Origin: Amphiscolops sp. MND2022
Lineage: Eukaryota
Direction of reading: 5' to 3'
DNA length: 64,000 nucleotides
NCBI GenBank assembly: GCA_964187785.1
Contig: OZ076409.1
Coordinates: forward strand, 18,044,001-18,108,000
The notes below the pieces were generated by a model that saw only the letters and a list, made by a program, of their open reading frames with translations, did no database searches and had not been told where the DNA came from. Below are positions 37,701 through 49,700 of this stretch, piece after piece. The first letter of the stretch is position 1, and each line of letters begins with the position of its first letter. Both the position numbers and the translations under genes were made by a program.

Positions 37701-40700
37701 ACTTCATTTTGATAAGTGAGATTACGGTCCCAATTGGGAGGTAGACTCCCAATAATTTGACATTTACAGAAATGATATTATTTCATTTTTCACAGTAAGG
37801 TAAAATTTGTGTTGCATTGTTTTTTCAAGGTTTGCAAAAAATAATGAATTCTGTTTTGTCTGCATTAACAGTCAAACGATGACACTGGAAAAGTGAATGA
37901 GTTTGTCTATCTCATTTTCTAAAATAGAAATGGCTTCTTCAATATTTCCATGAGAGGCATAGATCATTGTGTCATCTGCATATTGAACCAGTTCCGATGT
38001 TTCACCGATCATATGCTGCATGTCGTTAACATATATATTGATAAAAAGGGGCCCTAAAACAGTCCCCTGTGGAACACCCTGGTATAACTGAATCCTTTCC
38101 GAGCAGCCAGACGGTAGTGTCACTTTTTGCTGTCTATTTGGTAAAAAAGGTTCCGTCATACTTATAGCATTGTCATCAAATTTTAACATCATACGTTTTT
38201 AAATAGGATTCCATGAGATATGGAGTCGAAAGCTTTGGAAAGATCAATAAAAACCACTGCTGTGCTTTCATTACTGTCCAGCTTTTTTCTAATGTTTTGA
38301 CTAATTTGTTTGACTCAAGATAGTTTAACATTTGTTCTCTCAGGACCTTCTCAGAGATTTTCGCAAGTGCAGCTGTAATAGATATCGGCCGATAATTATT
38401 TGGATCTTCACAATCACCTTTTTTGTATATTGGAATTACATACGCCTGTTTGAGGTGATTAGGAAATCCACCTTCCTCAATAAAAGTGTTTACGAGTTCA
38501 CATAAAGGTGAGCTAAGACATTCAAACAATCTTTCAGCGCCCACGCAGGCACCTCGGATGGTCCAAGTGAATTTTTCGCGTTAGGATTTTTCACATGTTT
38601 TTTACATTCAGAAACACTAATGGGGTGAAAAGTGAACGTTTTCCGTTTTTCCCAATAGCAGCAGGGCTTCGCAGGGCTGGTTTTTATATATTTTTGTTAG
38701 TCAAATTTAACTGCTTTAATAATCGCAGTTGCCCCAATTTGAATGCGTATACAAAATCACGTGAACAAATCAGGTTTTAGAAATTGAGTATGATAAAATG
38801 AGGGAGTTGAAAATGTTAGCGGGAAATAATGAACTTCAGTTCGAAATTGAAATGCCAATTCCTCCCAATAAAAATGTCTAGTTTCTGTGTCAGGTTTCTT
38901 CTGGAAGGGATTTTTGTGGCATTTGTGTTGTACTCAACTTTGTTCAAGTCAAGTTTTATCCAAGTTGAGTACAACAAAAATGCCACAAAAATCCTTTCCA
39001 GAAGAACCTGACACAGAAATTAGACATTTTTATTGGGAGGAAAGGGCTTTTCAATTTCGAACTGATATTCATTATTTCCCGCTAATATTTTCAACTCCCT
39101 CATTTTATCATACTCAATTTCTAAAACCTGATTTGTACAATGTATTGAAGGCATTTGAACTTATTTGGAAATGACCACATGTCACTAAAATCACTCAACA
39201 ACAGCTAAACCAGTTAAACGGTGAGGTACAAATTCTAACCAGTACAACGACGAAAGAAACAACTGTCTGGCTTGCTTTTTTGAAAAAAAAAAACAGAAGT
39301 TGCATATAAAATAAAGTTTCGTGAATGCGGAAATCCACCAAGCTCAAAACTATCTATCCATTACTCTAAAATGTGTACAAAAAAAGCCCAAAAAAGTGTC
39401 CAAAAAACGGAAATTTTTCACAATTTCGACAGCGTCTTTTTTTTCGAAAGAATACTAGAAATCATGAAAAACAAGCAAAATTTCAACTTGAAAGGCAACC
39501 AAACTTTTGCGGCTACAAATCGAAACAAATAAACAACTGAGTTGACTGTTTTGAAGAAAAAATTTCAAATGGTTTCATGCTGGAAATGTTTAATTACTTA
39601 AGCCAAAATTTTTTTGAAGAAATCTTTGAACATATTTGAGTTTTGACTTTCCTTGGGTATGAGGATACACAGAGAAAAAAAGCTACACAGAGAAAAGAAA
39701 ATTGCTAATTGTCTTTTCGATTGAGTTTTTTTCCAACAAAATAATGATACAAGGTTACTCATTTTTTAGAATAATGGTGTAGTGGTTAAAACTTTAAGCT
39801 AAATCACTTTCAATGTTTTTGTGGGTATGGATTTTCACAGAGGTCAACTATACATAGTTATACATAGCAGACTCGTTGTCAGCGAGATCTTTTGGAAAAA
39901 AGGAATAGGATGAACGAAACGTGTCAGGTTTTTCTGTTTTTGAACCTTTTTGGAATTTCGTAGTTTGCTGGTTACGCTGTAGTCGTAAGACAATGTTCTT
40001 GCAGATTTCAGAGTGGAAATTATCCCGCTGCTGGATAGCGTCTTGTTTCAAGTTGAAACGATGATCATATTTTGTGATAGGTTGATATAAGTGGGTAGTA
40101 TTCTAACTTTCAATATTGTGTGATCAGTGTCACTATTTCATTCAATCTTTGAAACCGTGCTCTAGTTTTTATAAAAATAAATTCTATAGAATTGTATCAC
40201 AATTTTACACCCAGTCGTAAGATGAATTCGATTGAATAATTGCTTTAAGGGTACTTTACTAATTGTGACAACGACAAAAAATTATGTAAAATATAGTTTG
40301 ACTAAACTTCAACTGCGATTTCCGTTGTTTCTTGTTCGCAAAAATTAACATTCGAAAATAGTCCAAGAAGCTGACGTAACTCGAGGCTAAAACATTTGAG
40401 TACAAATTATAGTAGGTTTTAGTTGTTTAGTATTACTAAGTGTATTTCTTACATGTGCACATGTAGTAATAGTCGAAAGGTAGCCCCTCGATGTTATATT
40501 TGGTAGCAGTTCCAGTGAAGTTGTATCTAGTTCCAGGGTCCAATCCAGATACAGTCGTGCAGTTGTCCAGATAGTTGCTGCTAGTGTGTACCAGTGAGTC
40601 TGCGTTCGGATAGTTCTCCATGTAGAACTTCAAGTTCTCCGGTTCAACGTTATCCTCCAAGTTCAGACATTCCTTGATCTCGGTTGTACTGACACAGCCA

Positions 40701-43700
40701 GAAGATGGATGTACACTAAGTAGATTGGGTCCTGGAAAGGAAAATATTTGTTTTCCGTTTTTTAAAACTTCAGAACGATTATTTTTGTACATTATTTCTC
40801 CTTCCTTTTATCCAACAACTTTGTATGAAGCTACTACAAAAATAAAAAGTGGCTTTCACTTGACTTAGTGGTTGCCGCCATTTCCTGTTATCCCTAGTCG
40901 AGATTGCTTGAACTTTTTACATGCTGCATGGAAACATGCAGGCTAATTTTTTATAAAACATGGAAAATTCCGGGAACGTGCATAGAAACAGTTTGTAGGA
41001 TTACAGTGCAGCCTCCACTGTTTGAATTAAAACTGAAAACATTTCCACTTCTTCACCGCAGCGATCACTTTGTTTTCACGCGTAAGTTTCTTATGTAAGT
41101 ACCTTATGTAATCACCGTTAGCGAAATAGCACGCTAAATATGACGCTACTTTGAAACTTATAATATGAAATTTGTTTGCATTGAAAGCGCGGTAAAATTA
41201 ATTAAGGCCTCAGCTGCTTTCAAAATTAGAACAGCGTCTTTATGAAACTTGCAAAACGTCGCGGCGCAGAATTGCTGCCAAATTTAAGATGCATTTTATA
41301 GGCAGCTTGATAACATTAAATCGAATCAGTGAAGATTTAATGCATGGACATTTCTTTGAGAATTTTATAAAATCATGGAAAATTAGCTTGGTAACCTACA
41401 AAAACATGTAAAAAGTTCAAGCAGTTCCAACCAGGGATGACTGGGACTGGGACCAGGGGTACGTGGGTTCGAATATTGTGCTGGACCAAAGTTTTTCACA
41501 AGATCAAAAGACCATTTAGCAATTATTTCGACTGTGTGACTTCTCTAGTCGAGATTGCAACTTTTTACATGCTGCCTGGAAACATGCAGACTAATTTTTT
41601 TACAGAATATGGAAAATTCCGAGAGCCTGCATAGAATTATTTTGTAGGATTACAATGCAGCCTCCACTGTTTGAATTAAAACTGAAAATAATTCCGCTTC
41701 TTCACCGCCGCGATCACTTTGTTTTCACGCGTAAGTTTCTCAAGTAAGTATCTAGTGTATTGATTGGTTAGTCGAATAGCAAGCTGAATATGACGTTACT
41801 TTCAAACCTATAATGTGACTGAAATTTATTTGCATTTATTGATGATCAAATGCTTTCAAAATTAAAACTGCTTCTTAATGAAACCTGCAAAACTCTGCGG
41901 CGCAGAATTACCGCCAAATTGAGGATGCATCTTACAGGCAGATTGATAAAATTGAATCCAATCAGTGAAGTTTTAATGCATGGACGTTTCTTTGAGAATT
42001 TTATAAAATCATGGAAAGTTAGCTTGGTAACCTACAAAAACTGTAAAAATCCGGGGGCTTCAAAGGAACCTCCAATTTATTCTTCGACCTTTTGAACTAA
42101 ATTTTAAACTAAATGAGACCAAAATTTCACTTTTGGGTTTTTCTCGACAAACCCCTCCATCCGTCTCTCAAATCAGTCGCGGAAATGCTTTAAAACACCC
42201 CTTTTGTGTGATTTCATAACGTTGCTAAATAACACAGAAAAAAGTTTCGACTTCTCATTTCTCATTAACAACAAAGAAGTTTACGATACTAAGTTTGTTC
42301 AATGTTTTGAAACTCTTCAGCCCAAACCAGGAATGTGCTAAAAACCATTCCTTAACTAACGACTTACTTGTGTATGCAGTATACGTTTTCTCGTTGAGCG
42401 ATTCCAGTGGGCCTTGGTAGTTTTTGCAGTCAAGATAGGACTTCATTGTGATGTCAATCTTGTGGGAGGGGCCTGGCAGTCCGTCTATTAGGTGCCAGAG
42501 AAGACTGTCTGAGTTCATGTAGTCGGTGGTGATGCTTTCGTCCAGAGCGATGTTGACAGATCCATCAATGATGACGTCATATTTCAGTGTGTAGTACCTA
42601 GCCACTGTGCCAGGGTCGAAATAATTTGTTTTAGAAACACCAGAGTCAGCTACTACTTGATCGACCCATGTAATGTTCACTGACCCCGCTGTTAAAGGAT
42701 CGGAACTGATTGTACCTGGGATTAGGGGACCTGAAGTAATGAAATTGCATAAATTAGACTGCAGAATAATCCAATGCCTCGTCGAGACTGCTTGAACGTT
42801 TTACAGACTGAATATAATGGTTTATTTTTTGTCGAAAAGTTATAAAACATCCAGGGAGCATGCATGAAGAAACTTTGTAAAATTTCCAAGAAGTGTGTAA
42901 ATTTCCGCATTGAAACCAACATCATTTTCTAATACAGTCCTGTGATAAAAGAATGGAACCCCTGTTTGATAATAAAGTTTGGCTCGCCTAATGAGTTTGC
43001 GCATTTTTCAAAAACTGTCAAAGTTTTCGAAATATGATGGAATTAGAAAATCGCTTGAGAAGTCGCTTGAACCATATTGAAAAAGTCGCTCTCCATTTTG
43101 TTTCCAATCCGAATCTGCATCGCGAAATATGAATGCGTAGACCCTTTCAATCAACTTTATTGTCACTTCGATCGTGTTGAAAAGAAAAAAAATACAACAA
43201 AAATCACCATAGTAGTCGCGTTTTATTTCATGAAGCGCCGACTAAAATATAGAGTTCTCTAAAAAGGATCATTGTGCTTTCCAGAGCGATTAAAGCTTAA
43301 GCGATTTTTTAATTCCATCATATTTCGAAAACTTTGACAGTTTTCGAAAAATGCGCAAACTCATTAGGCGAGCCAAACTTTATTATCAAACAGGGGTTCC
43401 ATTCTTTTATCACAGGACTGTATTAGAAAATGCTGTTGGTTTCAATGCGGAAATTTACACACTTCTTGGAAATTTTACTTAATTAAGCAGAAACCAGAAA
43501 GGGCAAAACAGATTAGCAATGTTTTAACAACAGTGTCACTAACATGTACAAGCCAAAGTGTAGTCATTTGGAACGCCGAGATCAAAGCTGTCTCCTCGTG
43601 TTGTTGACTCGTAATAACCATCTATATGATAGGCGTACACTTTCCCGTATTGAAGCGGACTGTCGAAGTAATACATGTATGGGTTGGTTTTCAGAAGTGC

Positions 43701-46700
43701 CCCGTTTCTGAAAAAAAACAACATCATTTGTTTGAATTTCAGACCTTGTAATTTGCCAATCTATGCTTTCGTTCGATATCTAGTTTCGTAGGGCTTTCAG
43801 TCTTTGAAAATCAGGTTGAAAGAGAGTCGGATTACTGAATTAAGTGTTATTTCTTGAAATCTGAAATACAATTACATATGGAATGAAAAATGTACCTTCG
43901 CAGCTCATATATAACTCCGTTTTCAGAAGAATACATATCAAAGGTGATATTGGCTTCTAGTTCACAATCGATGATCTCGGCCTTGATAATATCGGGCACA
44001 GAGGGACTTGTGAAGCATTGAACTTCTTCTACGTCACTGTACACCTTCCACTCAGAGGCCTTAGTGAGACCAATCAAATCAGCAGATGTCGTGTCTTCAC
44101 ACATTCGGTATGGTTCCCAGGTTTCCAAATCCATCACACACAAATGATATGCCTGGGCCCCCATAACATAAGGGGTTATAGAACTTGCCAGGCCATAGAA
44201 TCTTTTCTCGTGTGCAACTCCCTGCAAGAGAAAAAATTTTATTTCCATATTTATGAAACATTTTTGAATGCTCAAAGTAAATTATTAACATTGAAAATTA
44301 TCCTTTTATTCAACGACAAATTCCATTTTCGTTCTGAAATTTCCAATCATGGGTTTGAGAAATGATCAAGAGTAGAAAGTACAGCTTCTGTATCGCAATC
44401 AAGTATTTCTCAAGATTAAAAAACGTCTTGACGGGTTTTAGATTTTTATTAATGTGAGTTAACACAGTTGGTGCACAAAACCTAACAAAAACACGTCAAG
44501 AGTTTGCAAACGAAATACTTAGTCATTGGCAGACATCGAACCCACAGCCGTCTGCTTGGGAATCGTGCATGACTACTGGGTTTAAATACCTCTGTTGAAT
44601 TGTAGTGGCCCCAGTCGAGATTGCTTGAACTTTTTACATGCTGCATGGAAACATGCAGGTTAATTTTTTACAAAATGGAAAATTACGGGAGCTTGCATGG
44701 AAACATTTTGTAGGATTACAATGCAGCTTCCACTATTTCAACTAAAATTGAAAACATTTCCACTTCTCCACCACCGCGATCACTTTGCTTTTACGCGTAA
44801 GTTTCTCAAGTAAGTACCTTTAGTAAGTAACTTCACCGTTAGTCAAATAGCACGCAGAATATGACGCTACTTTGAGACTTATAATGTGACTGAAATTTAT
44901 TTGCATTAAAATTGCGATAAAATTTATGAAGACGCCAGCTGCTTTCAAAACTAGAACTGCGTCTTAATGAAACCTGTAAAACTTTGCGGCGCAGAATCGC
45001 CGCCACATTTATGATTCATCTTACAGGCAGCTTGATAAAATTAGATCCAATCAGTGAAGTTTTAATGCATGGACGATTCTTTGAGAATTTTATGAACTCC
45101 TGGAAAATTAGCTTGGTGATCTACAAAAACATGTAAAAAGTTCAAGCAGTTCCAACCAGGGGGACCAATCGGAAACATTCTGTGGCCTTATGAATTAAAA
45201 ACTTTTAAAAAGTAGTCACTGTAATCGTCGGGCCCATTTTCTTATAATATGCGCCGACTGAAAGCAATAACGGCGAAATTTCATTCTTTTGTGACATTTA
45301 ACAACTGTTATAAAAATGAACTTTCTGGGGTTGTCTTCATTTGATCTAGTTGACATGTAAAAATATCCCGACATCAGAAAAACAAAGAAACGGAGAATAT
45401 TTTGTAGTATTCAGAACATAAGATGGCCATAATAATTAATGAAAACTTGTTCTCGTACTTTTATAAATTACATTTTTTGTGTGAAAAATCACTCCATGTT
45501 TGACATAACGTAATGGTAACGCGTTGTCGGTTGAGTCGGACAAATGCACAACCAATCAACCAACTTCCACCAAGAATTGGAAACATTATCAAAGCCACCC
45601 GTTTCTAGCATATAATGTTTCATCTTGTGCTGAAGACATAGTGAAGCAGTAACAAAACAGGAAAGTAGTTGATCAATTTTTTCACACCTGTAGAGGTTGT
45701 GTTTTCAAAGACCTTGAATATATCCGTTCTTGACACTCAAGGTTGTTCGCTCCACGTTGAGTTGGTACAGTTAAACACCGTTGTTGGGTAAAAGAATGAA
45801 ATACACTATGATATTAAAAGAATAGGTGCCTCAAGTTTTGAACAAAATTTTAGTTCAGCTTCAGTTTCGAAACTTCAAAGCGAAAGTTTACATTGGTCAA
45901 ACAGCTCAAAGCTTACAGTTCAAAAGTTGTTTTTCTTCGCAAGAAAATGCGAAAATAAATTGACTCTCATTTTGTTTGTCAAATTGTTACATTAAAAATG
46001 TTGGTTTTCATACCGAGAAATACAAGAGAAGCTCAAAATTAAATCAAAATCTACAGTTCAAACGCCTACTTACGTTACAAAAAAAGAAATTCGAGTTTTT
46101 TTCAACAACAGCTACATTTCAGGAACATTTTACAGCCACTATCTTCATATTTAGTTTTGTAGTGATTCCAGTAAATTCTCTTTAGATCGGATTCAAATGC
46201 GGCAGGGTGGTTTGGCAGTTTAATGTTGTATTCTTGTTGTACAAAATTGCTAAGTTTGATGATTCGATTGAAGAAAAATTCCCGTGTACACTTTAAACGT
46301 GTGTAGTCAGACATGAAAATATTTTTGGTGTTACTTCTGAGCTCATAATTATTGTTGTGTTGATTTGAACACACATAATCCCATATGGTGAAGTCATAAA
46401 GGCCCATTGTGAGCTTGTTGAGCAGTAGCAGATCCTGCATTTGAAGATGTAAAGAGATCGGTAAATGGTGATATTTGTCAAGAAGTTGATGAAATGAGCT
46501 CCTATAGTCAATCCACTTGAAACAGATCCGCTGTAGCCTTTGTATTTTTTTCAAGTCTCCTCTGTTCGGATGCCATGTAGAAATGTAGAAATGAACAAGG
46601 TGCAATGTAGAAAATTTGAAAAAACTAGCAGAGACAAAAGATTGCTTATGTTTTGGGGGGCAATACGTTTTGATGGCCGCAAAATGCTTAAACAACATGA

Positions 46701-49700
46701 ACAGTGATTAATATCTGAATTATGGTTTACCGAAACACCAAGAAACTCTCCATTTTGATGCCTTAGTTTATCAGCAAGACCACGCCCCTATCCATAAAGC
46801 GAAGAAAATTATGGATTACTTCGCTGAAAAAAGCTGGAAAACCTTGGATTCGGTCCGCAAATAGCCCTGACCTGAACCCTATTAAGCATTTGTGCACCAA
46901 TATTGAAGAACGATTGCGCAAACAGACCGTTTCTTGGGAAAATTTAGAAGAAGAACTACTTGAAAGTTGGAACAATATTGATCAAGAAACTGTAGCAAAA
47001 CTATAGGAATCTATGGAAAGTACAATCGAAAAGATGTCACGGTGAAAGGTGCACCAACTGGATACGAAACTGCTAGTTTGATTGAATAAAGTAATGTTTT
47101 CTGTTTAAAATGTTCCTTTTTAAAAATTAAAAAAAATCCTTTTATACCATAGTGTAAAGCAAATTTTACTATATTCAAATATAGAAAGCATAAATAATAC
47201 AGAGATCATGAACCTGATGATCAAACTGTGGAGACGTCATCGTCACTTGTTGATATTCGGTAAACAACGTCAGCACTACGATTACGAAATCATCCTTGGG
47301 AGATTACAGGGTCGATTTTCTTGAAATCGGTTGAGTACTCAGCAAAAAATCAGATACAAACGTTTTTTAAAAATTACACCTAGTTTACATTGAGAATTAT
47401 TGAAATTAAAAATTTGTGAGAAAAGTTTTGAGAAAATTACAAATAGCTGATTTTGAGCAACCTTGGCACCTTTTACCGTTTTTCCAATCTTTGACCGTTT
47501 TATCCACAGATTTTTTCACAAAGTTTTTGCTCAATTAAATTAGAATGTTTTTGAAACAAAGAATATATCATTGAATCCTATACAATCTGCAGAATCCGAT
47601 GAACCTAAAATTTCTAGAAAAAGTTTCGAAATCTTGCCCAAAACTGGGATAATAACAGAGGCGTTCATTCTGGCCCGAAAATTGATCCGATGCGCCAAAC
47701 AAAATACAAAGTGAGAGCAAGTAAGTTATTTTGATTGGTTGAGAACGACGCTCAGCGCATAGGGGGACGATTTCTTAATCACAGTACTGTACTGTTCGCT
47801 ACTGAGAAATTTACTCTAATTTCATTTGTTTCTAAGTCATATAACACCGAAGAATGAAAACTTCCGATACGCGTTACCGGTGACGGGTGAAAGAACTCGA
47901 ATAAACTGTTACATAGTAGACTTGTCTTTTAATTGGTGTAAATTATTGTTTTGAATGCTATTGTACGGGTTATATTAAAATAAAAACGAGAACCTAACTT
48001 GAATTGAGTTTAAAACAAATTCTTTTCAAACCACTTTACGGCACAAACATAGACCTTATATTGGAATATGACCAAGTCATGATTTAAAAATGGTTTTATC
48101 TGTGTCAACTAATTCCCAAATATGAAAGTCTTGTTTCATCTACATTTCAGGTCGACGCTGGATATACATCTTTCAAAGATGCATGATTTCTGAAAAGACT
48201 TAGTGAAAAGCGTATATTGTCGCTGTCTTCTGCAAACATATCAACCAGTTGTTTACAATACAATTCATTTCTAAGGTTGATCATGGATGAATCAGTAGTT
48301 TTTATTAGTTTTTCTACACTATAGAATAAGTGTGAACTTCGCGTGAAAAGAACCCACTTCCGTTAATGTCAAAGCCTTCACTGGCACTCAAAATGAAAAG
48401 CAATTTAACAGACAAAGTGGCAAGAGGAATGTATAATGAAAATTGTAACTTTAAAAAATATATATGATTTGAAAGCAAAATGACAACGAACATTATCATA
48501 TTTTGAAGACAATCCGTTGTAAAACACTTCGAAGCACGTGTTGTTGTCATAAGTCCCGTCATCCGCGTCAAAAGGATGTTGCCACTCATACTCGATGTTG
48601 TTAGGTCCATAATTCCCAGTGCACGCCATATCCGTGACGGGTTCGGGTCCTAGGCAATCATCGGACCGCAGTGTCCTCAGTCTATTTTTTTCACTGATCA
48701 AACTCAACCCACGCTTTTTTTGAGTGAAATACGGTAAATATGTATGGTTAGAACATGACGATTTCAACGAACATCTTTAGATATGTCATGAAACATTTGT
48801 CAGCAAGTTCTCTAGCAGTTAGGTATTTATGGGCTTAGTTTTAATGGGTACCTCTTCTTCAGTAAGGTACGGCGGGGGAGGGTGTTGACTGAAGAAGAGG
48901 TACCCATTAAGACTAAGCCCATAAATAGCTAACTATAAACAACAACCCCCCCGCCGTACCTTACTGAAGAAGAGGTACCAATTGAAACTAAGACCATAAA
49001 TACCTAACTATAGTCGACAACTCCCGTCGTACCTTACTGAAGAAGAGATACCAATTAAAACTAAGACCATAAATACTTAACTATAGTCAACAACCCCCCC
49101 CCGTCGTACCTTACTGAAGATGAGGTGCCAATTAAAACTAAGACCATAAATACCTAACTATAGTCAACAACCCCCCCCACCCGCCGTACCTTACTGAAGA
49201 AGAGGTACCCCATTAAAACTAAGACCATAAATACCTAACTATAGTCAACAACCCCCCCGTCGTACCTTACTAAAGAAGAGGTACCAATTAAAACTAAGCC
49301 CATAAATACCTAACTGTAGTCAACAACCCCCCGCCGTACCTTACTGAAGAAGAGGTACCAATTAAAACCAAGCCCATAAAAACCTAACTGCTAGAGAGCT
49401 TGCTGACAAATGTGTCATGACATATCTAAATATGTTCGTTGAAATCGTCATGTTCTAACCATACGTATTTACCGCATTTCACTCAAAAAAAGCGTGGATT
49501 GAGTTTTATCAAGTGTTTTTAGTTTTTTCCAAATCTCACCGTGCCCACGCCGTGTTCAATTTTTGCGTAAATTACTAGTCTTGATTAACACTTCTGATTG
49601 TATTACTTACTTCCCAAAACACAGCCCCCAAGTAACACTTCTTGAAGGACAGACCCCTGGCAATTTTTCAACCAGGGGCAGGGTGTCGTTCATATGATCT

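Noticed and set aside
48888..49390. Regularly spaced repeats resembling a CRISPR array
   Set aside because: No unique spacers (whole units repeat), no cas genes, eukaryotic intron, enclosed by transposon-like TIRs
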